In this document: in pieces, positions 16,273 to 26,277 of the stretch
Layout: the number at the start of each line of letters is the position of its first letter
Numbering within the stretch: position 1 is the first letter of the stretch
Virus record (IMG/VR): IMGVR_UViG_3300042291_000957
Location: 1 to 64,000 of that record
DNA length: 64,000 bases
Direction: 5' to 3' (one strand)
Origin: a virus
Program-made: the position numbers and the translations under genes
The notes under the pieces: generated by a model
Database searches by the model: none
Told to the model about the DNA's origin: nothing
Seen by the model: only the letters and a program-made list of their open reading frames with translations

Positions 16273-16898
16273 ACAGTACTAGCACACTAGATCGAGCACG
16301 ATTGAACAAGAGTGCGGCCAGATCGTGTGCAGAATTAACTACTCTGATAACCCACTGAAAATCTGCTTTTTGCGCGGTGCGCTTCGCGCTCTCAGACTCT
16401 GGCTCCGACCTAATCACGCTAGGTAAATACTCGATGCGAATATTATACTCTTTTCTTAATCTTGCACCAGCACCCTTGTTCTTTCTAGGGTTCATATACA
16501 GCCTACTTGCTCCCAGCTCACATTGTGGGTCGGATTGGAGTATGCCAGCCATGTGGTTTGTCATGTGCCTAGCACATTCATTTCCTTGGGTTTTACGCTT
16601 TCAACAATACTACCTTACCCGGAATTGAAAAACAGCAGTGATAAGCACCGTTGAGCACAGCCCAACTTTCCCAGTAGTAGATCTCCAATAAGTCTTGTCT
16701 ATTGGGGGGACACCATACTAGATCGTGAATCTCAATAACGCCCACGGGGCCCTTGATGGTAACAGTACAATGGTATTCTCCAGTAGTGGTCAACAGTTCA
16801 AGCATTACATACTTATGATCACAGATCGTTCGCTTTCTTGAATCAAATATGATTGCATTTGATATATACTCTAGCATTGTACACTACAAAAACTGAGG

Positions 16899-17744
16899 AT
16901 GCTCAACATGAAAACACTACACACCTTTGGCTGTTCTATAACACAAGGACACGCACTTCCGGACGTGGTACGAGCTCCACCCAATGCTCACGAACTGGCT
17001 GCTTTGGGACGAGCTGCGCATTGGTCAGATGAGCATATACTTGCACCTAGTCAATATGCCTGGCCTCAGTTACTGGCTGATCGATTGGGTATTCCTGTTC
17101 AAAATCATGCTCGTCGTGGCGCATGTTTTCAGCAGATTGCTCGCCAGTGCGCTGTGGCAGCTCCCAGCATTGAATCAGGTGATCTAGTGATTGTGATGTG
17201 GACCTATCTCAGCCGTGTGAGTCTGCAATGGCCCGCTAGAACAGCAGTGCCACTCACACACCTTGTGGACACTGGTTTTTGGCGCACATATGTAAAACCG
17301 GGATTCAACAAGTTGTTTGGACTCAGCGTTTCAGATCGCAGCCACCCGGACATGGATGAACGCATCTATACCTACATACACAATAGTTCAAGATACACAT
17401 TTGATCCCATGGGCATCTACGATAGATACCACAACAGTCTACTGTTACAGACCATGTGTGACGGATTCCTCCAGGCACGTGGTGCCCGAGTCATACATCT
17501 CAGTGTGGAGCCTGAAACATATTTGACACAGCTTGAGGCAGCTAGATCTAATCTGGATCCATCATTGCAAGCACCCTGGGTGATTCCCGATCCAAACACT
17601 TGGTATAACCTTGATGTAGATCATCTCAGCTGTCAAGTGATACATGATCCTAGCATACCCACAGCAGGTGATGACCATCACCCCAGTGTTCAACATCATA
17701 TAAATTTTGCTGATCATATCCGTGAACAGCACTTTTCTAACTGA
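16899..17744 (+). CDS. SGNH/GDSL-like hydrolase-family protein
   Basis: FGCSIT block I, N.ARRGA block II, DDHHP block V. Confidence 0.65.
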   Translation: MLNMKTLHTFGCSITQGHALPDVVRAPPNAHELAALGRAAHWSDEHILAPSQYAWPQLLADRLGIPVQNHARRGACFQQIARQCAVAAPSIESGDLVIVMWTYLSRVSLQWPARTAVPLTHLVDTGFWRTYVKPGFNKLFGLSVSDRSHPDMDERIYTYIHNSSRYTFDPMGIYDRYHNSLLLQTMCDGFLQARGARVIHLSVEPETYLTQLEAARSNLDPSLQAPWVIPDPNTWYNLDVDHLSCQVIHDPSIPTAGDDHHPSVQHHINFADHIREQHFSN

Positions 17745-17747
17745 TCC

Positions 17748-18593
17748 TTATTGACCTAGCAGGTGAGGTATGAAGTGGTGAGCAATTAGCTTGTGCGCTT
17801 CGAGACTATAATGTTCTTCGTCAACTTTCATATGCTCGATATCAACACCTAGCTGTTGGTTGATCCACAGTTCTGCCGGTGTTTCCATAATTTTAATTGC
17901 CTGTAGATCTCTAAACTTGTTGGTCAGCGGAAGATGTACCCTTGCATTAATCCTCCATAGGTACACTGGTATATCTCGTTCTGCACACATTGCATCGATC
18001 AAAGCAATGTCTTTGTGATAGTCTTCGTTGGTAATATGCGTTAGCAGATCGTTAAAGAGTTTAATCTGCATATAATTACGTTCGTATCCTTGCCAAGGAG
18101 TTGCGCCGCTGACTGGATAGTTGTCTTTGTAAGGTTTGATTTTTTCTATCCAATGAGGCTTTTCATTCCACTCTACAATCTTTCCATCAATAGTTTTGTT
18201 GTCCTCGTAGAGAATAAACTTGTCAGACTTCAAGAACTGTTTTGTAAAATACTCCAAGGGCAGGTTAGGAAATCCGAAGCCCGACGTGCCGTCTTCGGCG
18301 AGGTTACAGCCCATTACCCATCTATCCCAGTATGTGCCCTGCAGAGAAACTGCGGAAATATCCTTATGTTGTTCTAACATATGACGAATCCATCTTACAT
18401 ATTTTCTGTTTGGAGCACCGCCTTGAGAATACACATAACACTGACTACTGGCCAAGTGACAGGCATATATTGTAGAGTAGTTGTTCTCGGACCACAACCA
18501 TACTTTATCAACTGATTTGTCGTACCAATACCCGTGACAGTGGCTGTCACCGATAAACAATACCTTTCCTTTATGATTCATAATTTTACTCAT
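17748..18593 (-). CDS. SGNH/GDSL-like hydrolase-family protein
   Basis: FIGDSH, GAPN, DEEHY (DxxH). Confidence 0.65.
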   Translation of the reverse strand: MSKIMNHKGKVLFIGDSHCHGYWYDKSVDKVWLWSENNYSTIYACHLASSQCYVYSQGGAPNRKYVRWIRHMLEQHKDISAVSLQGTYWDRWVMGCNLAEDGTSGFGFPNLPLEYFTKQFLKSDKFILYEDNKTIDGKIVEWNEKPHWIEKIKPYKDNYPVSGATPWQGYERNYMQIKLFNDLLTHITNEDYHKDIALIDAMCAERDIPVYLWRINARVHLPLTNKFRDLQAIKIMETPAELWINQQLGVDIEHMKVDEEHYSLEAHKLIAHHFIPHLLGQ

Positions 18594-18659
18594 TTATACT
18601 TAACTATAACAGATTGCTGCTTTATGGTCAAGAAATATTTAACCACGATAAATAACTGC

Positions 18660-18869
18660 ATGAAAGAACAATATCTACTACCTATGGCCCGAAGCACAGT
18701 CACCGGGCAAACTGTTAAAACACAGGATCTTACTGGCACACGTTTTGCACTCAATCAACGAAGATTGGCACAAGACATGGCCGATCAAACAGCGGCCAAA
18801 ATGTCTGCTAGAACCGGTGAGTCTTGGTTGGGATTCGTGCAACTGTATACCCCAACTCAGCGCCAATAA
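18660..18869 (+). CDS. small hypothetical protein
   Basis: TAAATA(18649-18654)-N5-ATG. Confidence 0.65.
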   Translation: MKEQYLLPMARSTVTGQTVKTQDLTGTRFALNQRRLAQDMADQTAAKMSARTGESWLGFVQLYTPTQRQ

Positions 18870-18992
18870 CTATCTGTACAGATAGTTCACTGAGTCGGGG
18901 TTTTCTCTAAATATTTCCGCACCGTTTTTAAGGTAGAACTTGCCAGCTATTTCAGTCTTTGGGCTCAGAGTCACATCTTTAGCAGCCTTCAT
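18870..18992 (-). pseudogene. possible truncated gene remnant (40 aa)
   Basis: MKAAKDVTLSPKTEIAGKFYLKNGAEIFRENPDSVNYLYR reads like a C-terminal fragment; sits beside the AT-rich halogenase insert. Confidence 0.35.
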
Positions 18993-19046
18993 GATTGCGT
19001 GTGTAAATAATCCATGTTACAAATAATTAATTGTTGAGAAAAAAAT

Positions 19047-20534
19047 ATGAACATTGCAATTTTAGGGGGTGGAAGTGCTGGATGGATCACGGCTCTTTTG
19101 ACTCAAGCGTATCACCCATTTAATAGCATAACTGTAATTGAGAGCGAATCTATTGGAATTTTAGGAGCAGGAGAAGGCACTACTCCACAGTTTATTGATT
19201 TCCTCGATAGGGTTAATATACCCGTATCAGATCTAATTAAGAATTGCAAAGCAACAATTAAAAGTGGAATTAATTTTGAAAATTGGAATGGCGATAATAA
19301 AAAATACTTTCATTCTTTTGGACCAATTGGTCAAATATCAGAATGGAACGATATATTAATTGAAAACGCAATAATAAACAATAATCAAATTGATACCTTA
19401 AGTTTTGCAAAAAAAACTTCTAGTTTAGAAAAAGTTGGATTTTCTTTTAAAGACGTTGTTTCAGACAACAGAAATCCAATTTCAAATTTTAATTATCATT
19501 GCATATATGCTTTGCATTTTGATGCTAGATTGTTAGCACAATACTTTAGAAAAATTGCTGAGGAACGAGGAATTATTAGAGTAGAAGGAGAATTAAAATC
19601 AGTTGTAGCAGATGATTGTGGAAATATAAAACAAATACAATTGAAAAATAACAAACAAATTGACTGTGATTTTGTATTTGATTGTTCTGGGTTTGCAAGA
19701 TTATTGATTGGCAAACATTTTCAAACAGAATGGATTTCTTATAACAAACATTTACCAATGAATACAGCCTTACCATTTTTTATTGAACATGATGATAACG
19801 TATCACCTCAGACTGATGCAATTGCAATGAAGTATGGGTGGATTTGGAAAATACCAGTTCAGGGAAGATATGGTTGTGGTTACGTCTTTGATTCTAATTT
19901 TATAAATGAAGATCAAGCTCTTCAAGAAGCTGAAGAATATTTTAATGTTGAATTAAAATCTCCAAAGACATTTAAATTTGAAGCTGGAACATTTAGAGAT
20001 ACACTAGTTAAAAACTGTATGGCAGTTGGGTTATCTCAGAGTTTTATAGAACCCCTAGAAGCAACATCAATTTTTATAAGTTACTCGAATCTAACAGATT
20101 TTTTAAAGTATGATGGTTTTTCTTCTAAAACAGAATCATTTTATAAAAAATTTAACTCTATTTGTTTAGATAGGAATACTGAAGTTAGAGATTTTGTTTA
20201 CCTTCATTACATAACAAAAAGAAATGATTCAGATTTTTGGCGAAATTTTCAAAGCAACAATCCAATGATAGACACTGTTCATGAAACGTTGGAATGGATG
20301 AAAGAAACCAAAACTCTTGATGTTGATATACAGAAGAAATCTTTTTCAATTCGTGGCTGGATGCAGGTGGCAAATGGATTAGGCTTGTTTAAATACGATA
20401 CTAGAAACAGAAAAACTCATGTATTCAGTCAAGAATATATTAATTCTTATAATTCAAACTTTCTTAAAAATCAAGAAAACATGTTAAAGATTTGTATTTC
20501 CCATAAAGATTTTTTAAATTATTTAAAGCAATAA
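19047..20534 (+). CDS. flavin-dependent (tryptophan-halogenase-family) halogenase
   Basis: GGGSAG FAD motif, GAGEGT, K in CKATIK, GWIWKIP (WxWxIP), FIEPLEAT. Confidence 0.88.
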   Translation: MNIAILGGGSAGWITALLTQAYHPFNSITVIESESIGILGAGEGTTPQFIDFLDRVNIPVSDLIKNCKATIKSGINFENWNGDNKKYFHSFGPIGQISEWNDILIENAIINNNQIDTLSFAKKTSSLEKVGFSFKDVVSDNRNPISNFNYHCIYALHFDARLLAQYFRKIAEERGIIRVEGELKSVVADDCGNIKQIQLKNNKQIDCDFVFDCSGFARLLIGKHFQTEWISYNKHLPMNTALPFFIEHDDNVSPQTDAIAMKYGWIWKIPVQGRYGCGYVFDSNFINEDQALQEAEEYFNVELKSPKTFKFEAGTFRDTLVKNCMAVGLSQSFIEPLEATSIFISYSNLTDFLKYDGFSSKTESFYKKFNSICLDRNTEVRDFVYLHYITKRNDSDFWRNFQSNNPMIDTVHETLEWMKETKTLDVDIQKKSFSIRGWMQVANGLGLFKYDTRNRKTHVFSQEYINSYNSNFLKNQENMLKICISHKDFLNYLKQ

Positions 20535-20644
20535 AATTTCATCTATTGCCGAGATCAAAAAACGTGGTTTTTGACACAATTATATGTTGACTGTGTAAAT
20601 ATTATACTGTATAATTAAACTTATATCAATCACAAGGAGTCCAA

Positions 20645-21340
20645 ATGTTCGGAACAAATTACACTGGCGATATCTCAGATTATCGCTCTGCAGAAGAAAT
20701 CAATTCGGCTATGGGCCGGGTCTATGGTCATATGACCGTGGCTGTGGCCATATCAATGTTGGTCAGCTGGTTTGTGGGCACAACACCCGATCTGCTGGCT
20801 TTCTTTTTTACAGGTGTGCTAAAATGGATTGTGATCTTTGCACCACTGGCAGCTATTCTGGCCTTGACCTTTGCCAGTGAACGATTCAACAAAAGTCAAT
20901 TACAGCTATTCTTACACGGCTTTGCTGCTCTTATGGGACTTAGCATGGCCACCATATTTGCTGTGTTTACAATGGGATCAATTGTGAGTGCCTTTATGGG
21001 TGCGGCCATTCTGTTTGCAGTAATGAGTGGCTATGGCTACTTTACCAAGCGAAGCCTAGACAGCATGGGCAAGTTCATGATTGTGGGTCTAATTGCCATC
21101 ATCATTGCCAGTATTGTTAATATCTTTATTGGATCAACAGTCATGCAAATGGTTATCTCAGCACTGGCTATCATAATCTTTTTGGGTCTTACTGCCTACG
21201 ACACACAAAAGATACGTGAAACTGTATCAGTAGAAGGCGACACAGGACGTGAAGAAGTACTGGGAGCTCTTACACTGTACATGGACTTTATCAATCTGTT
21301 CATCAACCTACTACAGTTGTTCGGCCTAAAGAAAGACTAA
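20645..21340 (+). CDS. Bax inhibitor-1/YccA family membrane protein
   Basis: 7 TM segments, LTAYDTQKI, ALTLYMDFINLF; promoter 20587-20615. Confidence 0.9.
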   Translation: MFGTNYTGDISDYRSAEEINSAMGRVYGHMTVAVAISMLVSWFVGTTPDLLAFFFTGVLKWIVIFAPLAAILALTFASERFNKSQLQLFLHGFAALMGLSMATIFAVFTMGSIVSAFMGAAILFAVMSGYGYFTKRSLDSMGKFMIVGLIAIIIASIVNIFIGSTVMQMVISALAIIIFLGLTAYDTQKIRETVSVEGDTGREEVLGALTLYMDFINLFINLLQLFGLKKD

Positions 21341-21470
21341 TGTGGTGCGTGAGTTATTATCTAGTTGGCGGAACATTCACATCCAAGACCTTTGATAGTC
21401 TGACTGAAGCTACGCATTTTATGGTGTATAAAATCTGCACCTGGAACGTACACGACTGCTATCGTGTAGA

Positions 21471-22178
21471 TTAATTCAAGGGCTGGGTCTGTTCTAGGCT
21501 CAGTTCTTGATCTTCTAGTTCACGTATCAGATCTGTGATTTCGTCAATAAGACCTAGGTTTCGAACAATTTTGAAAACTAGGTTTTCTACTGACCACTCA
21601 CCCGCACGTTCCAAACCTGCCTGACGCATCTTGGTAATCTTGTCCTTGACCACTCTCAGTTGTTCTAGATCTTTGCTCAGCAGAGCTCTTTCGATGTCTC
21701 GCATGACACCATCTTTTTTAGCTTCCACAGCACTATCATCTACTTCTGGTTTGATTTTCTTGGGTTCAACCAGCCATTGACTTTGAACTATGCTATACAC
21801 GCCTGTGCTGTGGTGTGGCTCATCTTCGCCCTGTACATAACATTCTACAGGTAAACCTTTAATGGTAATTGTGTGCTGTTCTGCCCACAGTGCCTTTTTG
21901 GCCGAAAACAGTTCTCGTTCTTCATCGCTAGGTGTCCCGGGCACAATTAGATGCAGATCTAGATCTGAGTAGGCAGTCCACGTATAGTTGGCATTTGAGC
22001 CAGTGATGGTGTAATCAATGATCTTTAGATCAACACCGATGAATTCTTCAAAGGCTCTAGCTATCTGTTTTAGTTTTTCTGTAACTTCAGGCGCTAATTC
22101 TCCATCACGCCATATCTTGGGATTTAATCGACGATTTACTGTGACCACCGATGATTCTGTAAACTCTCTTAGCTTCAC
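21471..22178 (-). CDS. Pol-beta-superfamily nucleotidyltransferase-like protein
   Basis: TGSNANY...SDLDLH (GS...DxD) and VECYV; GTG start 22178 with GGAG RBS. Confidence 0.7.
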   Translation of the reverse strand: MKLREFTESSVVTVNRRLNPKIWRDGELAPEVTEKLKQIARAFEEFIGVDLKIIDYTITGSNANYTWTAYSDLDLHLIVPGTPSDEERELFSAKKALWAEQHTITIKGLPVECYVQGEDEPHHSTGVYSIVQSQWLVEPKKIKPEVDDSAVEAKKDGVMRDIERALLSKDLEQLRVVKDKITKMRQAGLERAGEWSVENLVFKIVRNLGLIDEITDLIRELEDQELSLEQTQPLN

Positions 22179-22179
22179 T

Positions 22180-22521
22180 TTAAACTCCGTACCTGTTGCG
22201 TTTTGCCTGAGCCACAGGGCTAGCTGTAACTGTACTGTCAGTTTCGTGACTGCCACGATCTGCTACTACTTTTCCCTTGTGTCCAGTGGCTCGTTCTCCG
22301 GCACGTATAATTTCTTCTTCTTGTGGAGTATAGGCACTGATAACAGCGTGTTGAGCAGTGACACTAGTTGGCGCAATTTCGTGATTGGCCATAGCAAGTC
22401 CGAATCTATAGGCCTGATAGCCATCACTGCTAGGCATGGAGGGAAACTCAAAAGTGGTTGACATAGGCCCACTTTTTCTTTTTGAAAAACTACGTTCTAC
22501 AATAAATTCTTTGGCTCGCAT
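22180..22521 (-). CDS. hypothetical protein (possibly virion)
   Basis: MRAKEFI N-terminus; in operon. Confidence 0.65.
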   Translation of the reverse strand: MRAKEFIVERSFSKRKSGPMSTTFEFPSMPSSDGYQAYRFGLAMANHEIAPTSVTAQHAVISAYTPQEEEIIRAGERATGHKGKVVADRGSHETDSTVTASPVAQAKRNRYGV

Positions 22522-22524
22522 TCA

Positions 22525-22761
22525 TTATTTAGCCCACATTAAATGATAAATGGTTAATGCTTGTTCATCGTAGAATTCTGCTACTAGGCGGCAGAATATA
22601 TTGTTTCTTTCTAACACCAGCTGGCATACAGTATGCGGTTGACTCAACAGCCATTTAGTCTGATCTAGTCCTAGAGTTTTATGCACCTCGGGCCAACTGA
22701 TTTCGAGGTACTCGTTATTTTCGGGCTGCCATTTTAACAGTTCTACTCGATTATTCTTCAT
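22525..22761 (-). CDS. hypothetical protein
   Basis: overlaps helicase stop. Confidence 0.6.
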   Translation of the reverse strand: MKNNRVELLKWQPENNEYLEISWPEVHKTLGLDQTKWLLSQPHTVCQLVLERNNIFCRLVAEFYDEQALTIYHLMWAK

Positions 22762-24181
22762 CGTTCATTGAGTTTAAAATCTCACGTAGCTTGGTACTTT
22801 GCACACTGCCACGAACTCGACCTAGACTAGAACCCTGCGTAGGATCCGCTATTTCTCCAGTTTCTGGATCTGCTTTTATAGTTGATCTGTTTTTAATGCT
22901 TTCAATTAATGAACTAGACCCACGACTAGTAGCACCGTTAGATTCTTGTTCGTCTTCGGGTAGATCGCTAATTTTAAGAGTTTCAATATTAAACTCTAGA
23001 TCAATTTTCATACCGACGCCACTACTCGAACGTGTTTTCATTAACTGTAATTGATACCTACCACGTTCACGCATTGCACGACTTGTAAAGATACCAATCA
23101 CATTATCTGCCGTTTGAATCTTAGATAGTCCACCTGAAATGTGACTGTGATCAAATTCAACTTCTTCAACTGCACCACGATTTAACTGTGCCGCAGTCAC
23201 GAACACACATTGCTTTTCCATTGCTAGATTACGCAGTTCTTCTGACACATACTTGTCCTTGACAAACAGATTTTCTGCGGAGATCTTTTTGCCAATGGGC
23301 ATTAACAAGTCCATATAGTCTACTAATAGAACATCAACTTTCTTGCTGCATTTGATTTCATATTCTTTTAGATATGCACGGATATCATTTACAGTCTTGC
23401 CACTTGGCATATATTTGACCTGTAGCATACCTGACTTCTTGCCAATCATCTTGACCTTCATTTCGATGTCGTCTAGATTCTTAAAGATTTCTCTAGTGCT
23501 GACTCCAGTCACCATACTGTCAATACGCATACTTACCAATGCTTCTGAAAGTTCCAGGGTTAGGTATACCACATTAAGGCCAGCCAGAGCAAAGTTAACA
23601 CCTAGATTTGCCAAAAACAAACTCTTGCCTGCACCTGATCCACCTGCAAATATGTTAAGCTCTCCACGATTAAATCCTCCAAACAACTTACGATCCATAC
23701 AGGGCCATCCTGTACTGACCTGTCCGTTCTTGTCCTTTAGTCCCATTAGGCGTGCTCTAGGGTCTGCAAAATAATCTGTGCCCATATCGCGAGCAAGTCC
23801 AATCTGAACTGCTTCTTTGATCAAGGCCTCTACTTCACCGTAGTTTTTATTTTCCAATAATTCAGCACTACTAATAATGGCACGTTCTAATGCCTTGTGA
23901 CGAGTAAAGTTTTCAAACTCGTCAAGCAGCCAGTCCATATGACCTTCTTTCATATCTTCAGGCCGTTTAAGATCTGTTCTACAACTGGCATTGACCATGT
24001 CAAAATCTGGCAATACATTATAGCCCTTGGCGTATTCATTCATGAACTCTGCGGCATCTTGCAGTTTACGATCAAATAGTGTATGATCGAAAATACCTTG
24101 ACAACGAACAAATACTTCTGCATCAGCCAGCATTAGTTCAAGGTATAGTTTTTGTACTTCGTATCCGTAATCTTTAATCAT
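22751..24181 (-). CDS. gp41: T4 gp41-like replicative DNA helicase (DnaB family)
   Basis: GGSGAGKS, TLELS, LLVDYMDL, TAAQLNR, KTR. Confidence 0.92.
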   Translation of the reverse strand: MIKDYGYEVQKLYLELMLADAEVFVRCQGIFDHTLFDRKLQDAAEFMNEYAKGYNVLPDFDMVNASCRTDLKRPEDMKEGHMDWLLDEFENFTRHKALERAIISSAELLENKNYGEVEALIKEAVQIGLARDMGTDYFADPRARLMGLKDKNGQVSTGWPCMDRKLFGGFNRGELNIFAGGSGAGKSLFLANLGVNFALAGLNVVYLTLELSEALVSMRIDSMVTGVSTREIFKNLDDIEMKVKMIGKKSGMLQVKYMPSGKTVNDIRAYLKEYEIKCSKKVDVLLVDYMDLLMPIGKKISAENLFVKDKYVSEELRNLAMEKQCVFVTAAQLNRGAVEEVEFDHSHISGGLSKIQTADNVIGIFTSRAMRERGRYQLQLMKTRSSSGVGMKIDLEFNIETLKISDLPEDEQESNGATSRGSSSLIESIKNRSTIKADPETGEIADPTQGSSLGRVRGSVQSTKLREILNSMNDEE

Positions 24182-24198
24182 AATATATTATACACTTT

Positions 24199-25143
24199 TT
24201 ATACACAAATAGCAATATGTTTTACTGGATCCCATTCTTGTTGAACTCGCTGTTTAGTATGATATAAAACAGCACCAATACTGCTGCTAGGGTCTCCGGG
24301 ATTGGGCAATGACCAAATGTATTTGAATTTAGGTTCGACCACTGCTTTGTTTGCTCGGCTGTTCATAGCACATCCGCCCATGTATACTAGGCAATCTGCA
24401 TTTGTTAGTTCTTTTGCCTTGTTCATAATCATTTCAATTTGTTCTTCAAACACTAATTGAACGGCGGCAGCAAGATTGCATTCGTCTTCTATGCTATCTA
24501 TATAAAATTTTTGATCCTTAACACCTTTGTGAAAATTATAATTCAATTCTAAAAGACCTGTAAAATATTTCTTTACTCTGTAATAGAAAAACAAAGGATT
24601 GCCGTTTTCTGCCATTGCCTGTAATTTCCATTCGTCTCGAATTGGGGTCATTCCAAGAGCGCGAGTGAATGCACTGTAAAATAGTCCCAGACTGTGCGGA
24701 TAACTACGGCTCCATACTTTTGTCATTTCGCCGTGAACACAATTCCATATAGTTGCACACTCGAACTCACCAATAGCGTCCAGCACAACAACTGCACAAT
24801 GATTGAACGGACTAGTGTAGTATCCGGCCGCAGCATGACTGCCATGATGAGGAGTATAAGTAACAGGTGCATAGTGAATTTTTATTTTATTTAAATATCT
24901 TCTAGGCAGAACATTCATATCGAATGCTCTATTATATTGTCCAGCACGTAATTGTCTTGCTTTTTTGATCCACGGACGCTCGTACCAAAATATACGATCT
25001 GGAGCTCCGTGACACAGTGCTTCAAAAATTGCAGTTTGCTCTAATTCGTCATTAGAAGAACTTTGATTTGATATTAATTTACCGTTATTGATCACCGCAA
25101 GACTGCTGCCGTGATTAAGAGCGTTAATTCCCCAAGCAATCAT
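24199..25143 (-). CDS. carbamoyltransferase (NodU/CmcH family), N-terminal domain only
   Basis: HHGSHAAAGYYTSPF, VLDAIGE, SLGLFYS, GGCAMN, PNPGD.SSIGA. Confidence 0.85.
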   Translation of the reverse strand: MIAWGINALNHGSSLAVINNGKLISNQSSSNDELEQTAIFEALCHGAPDRIFWYERPWIKKARQLRAGQYNRAFDMNVLPRRYLNKIKIHYAPVTYTPHHGSHAAAGYYTSPFNHCAVVVLDAIGEFECATIWNCVHGEMTKVWSRSYPHSLGLFYSAFTRALGMTPIRDEWKLQAMAENGNPLFFYYRVKKYFTGLLELNYNFHKGVKDQKFYIDSIEDECNLAAAVQLVFEEQIEMIMNKAKELTNADCLVYMGGCAMNSRANKAVVEPKFKYIWSLPNPGDPSSSIGAVLYHTKQRVQQEWDPVKHIAICV

Positions 25144-25256
25144 TTATAGATAAAAGGATCACGTTTTCTTAGTTCTTCCAAACGTTTTTTCATCCTTTGT
25201 TTTTCTTTATACTGATAGAACGGATAGCTTATCCAATACCATATTTTTTTAAACAT
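25140..25256 (-). CDS. 38-aa basic peptide (not in ORF track)
   Basis: MFKKIWYWISYPFYQYKKKQRMKKRLEELRKRDPFIYK; overlaps both neighbours. Confidence 0.6.
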   Translation of the reverse strand: MFKKIWYWISYPFYQYKEKQRMKKRLEELRKRDPFIYK

Positions 25257-26265
25257 TTTCATTCCTTATTTTTATCTTTTGTTCTTGCATTTTCTTTGCC
25301 ATTTCTAATCTAATAGCACCGTGTTGTGCGGTCTTGATAGCATCAACTATCACAAATAATTTACCATATTTTTTCACAGCATCTGCACAATCTTTAATAT
25401 CTTTATCCCAGTTAGGGAATGCCACTGACCAATCGTAGTCTATGGCCTGTTTGATCAAAAGTACTCCAGCTTGATCTTGATCAGGAATAACAATAACTTC
25501 TTTGCCTAATTGATTAATTATGTGTGCCTGTTGTTGTGATATTTCATTAGTCAATAATGCAACTCCGTCGATTGCTAACGCATCAAACGGTCCTTCGCAC
25601 ACAAACACATATTTGTTCAAGGGATCCTGTGCATCAACATTAAACACAAAGAAAGGATGCTGATCTGACAAATACTTAGGTCTGCCTTCTTTGATCTTAC
25701 GTGCAGTATTACCAACTACGACTCCATCATACTTAAAAGGAATAATTACACGATCAATGAATCCAGGGGCGGGACTCCAACAGAAATTACCATCCATAGG
25801 ATCGTATCCTCTGCCTATTAGATAATCAATGACCTTGCCAATGTCTTCGGCAATGTCTGGCAAGTATGCACTATTAACCCACTCTGCAATAGTAAGTGTT
25901 GCTTCAGGTAGATCTTTCTTGGTAAATTTAACCTTCTCAACAAAGTGTTCAGGTTCGTAGTCTAGACTTTCAGTTTTTAGTGCTTCAAAGACCAAATGTT
26001 TGATCTCATCATCATTAGCACCTAGCCATCGACATAATGTTTTAAACTTTTCAGTAAGTGTTCTTCCTGGTTGCCAATTGGCTGTATATTTGCAATTGAA
26101 ACAGTTGTAGACAACTCCTTCACTAAACATTATGCCAGCACGTTTTCGAGTATCTCTTGCGTGACCTCTATGGTGACAACAAGGTGCATTGAAACTAATC
26201 CACCCGCTAGGGCTGGATTTAATCTTGGGCAATAATAAACGGAATCGGTCTAAGACAAGTGTCAT
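25249..26265 (-). CDS. gp61: T4 gp61-like DNA primase
   Basis: Zn-binding CC...CFNC, TOPRIM EGPFD and PDQD. Confidence 0.88.
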   Translation of the reverse strand: MTLVLDRFRLLLPKIKSSPSGWISFNAPCCHHRGHARDTRKRAGIMFSEGVVYNCFNCKYTANWQPGRTLTEKFKTLCRWLGANDDEIKHLVFEALKTESLDYEPEHFVEKVKFTKKDLPEATLTIAEWVNSAYLPDIAEDIGKVIDYLIGRGYDPMDGNFCWSPAPGFIDRVIIPFKYDGVVVGNTARKIKEGRPKYLSDQHPFFVFNVDAQDPLNKYVFVCEGPFDALAIDGVALLTNEISQQQAHIINQLGKEVIVIPDQDQAGVLLIKQAIDYDWSVAFPNWDKDIKDCADAVKKYGKLFVIVDAIKTAQHGAIRLEMAKKMQEQKIKIRNENV

Positions 26266-26277
26266 AGACTTAGTATA

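Noticed and set aside
16377-16877. ORFs 16377-16628 (+) and 16593-16877 (-)
   Set aside because: They are possibly real (a TAAATA precedes an ATG near 16434), but there are no motifs and the overlaps conflict, so support is too weak to call.
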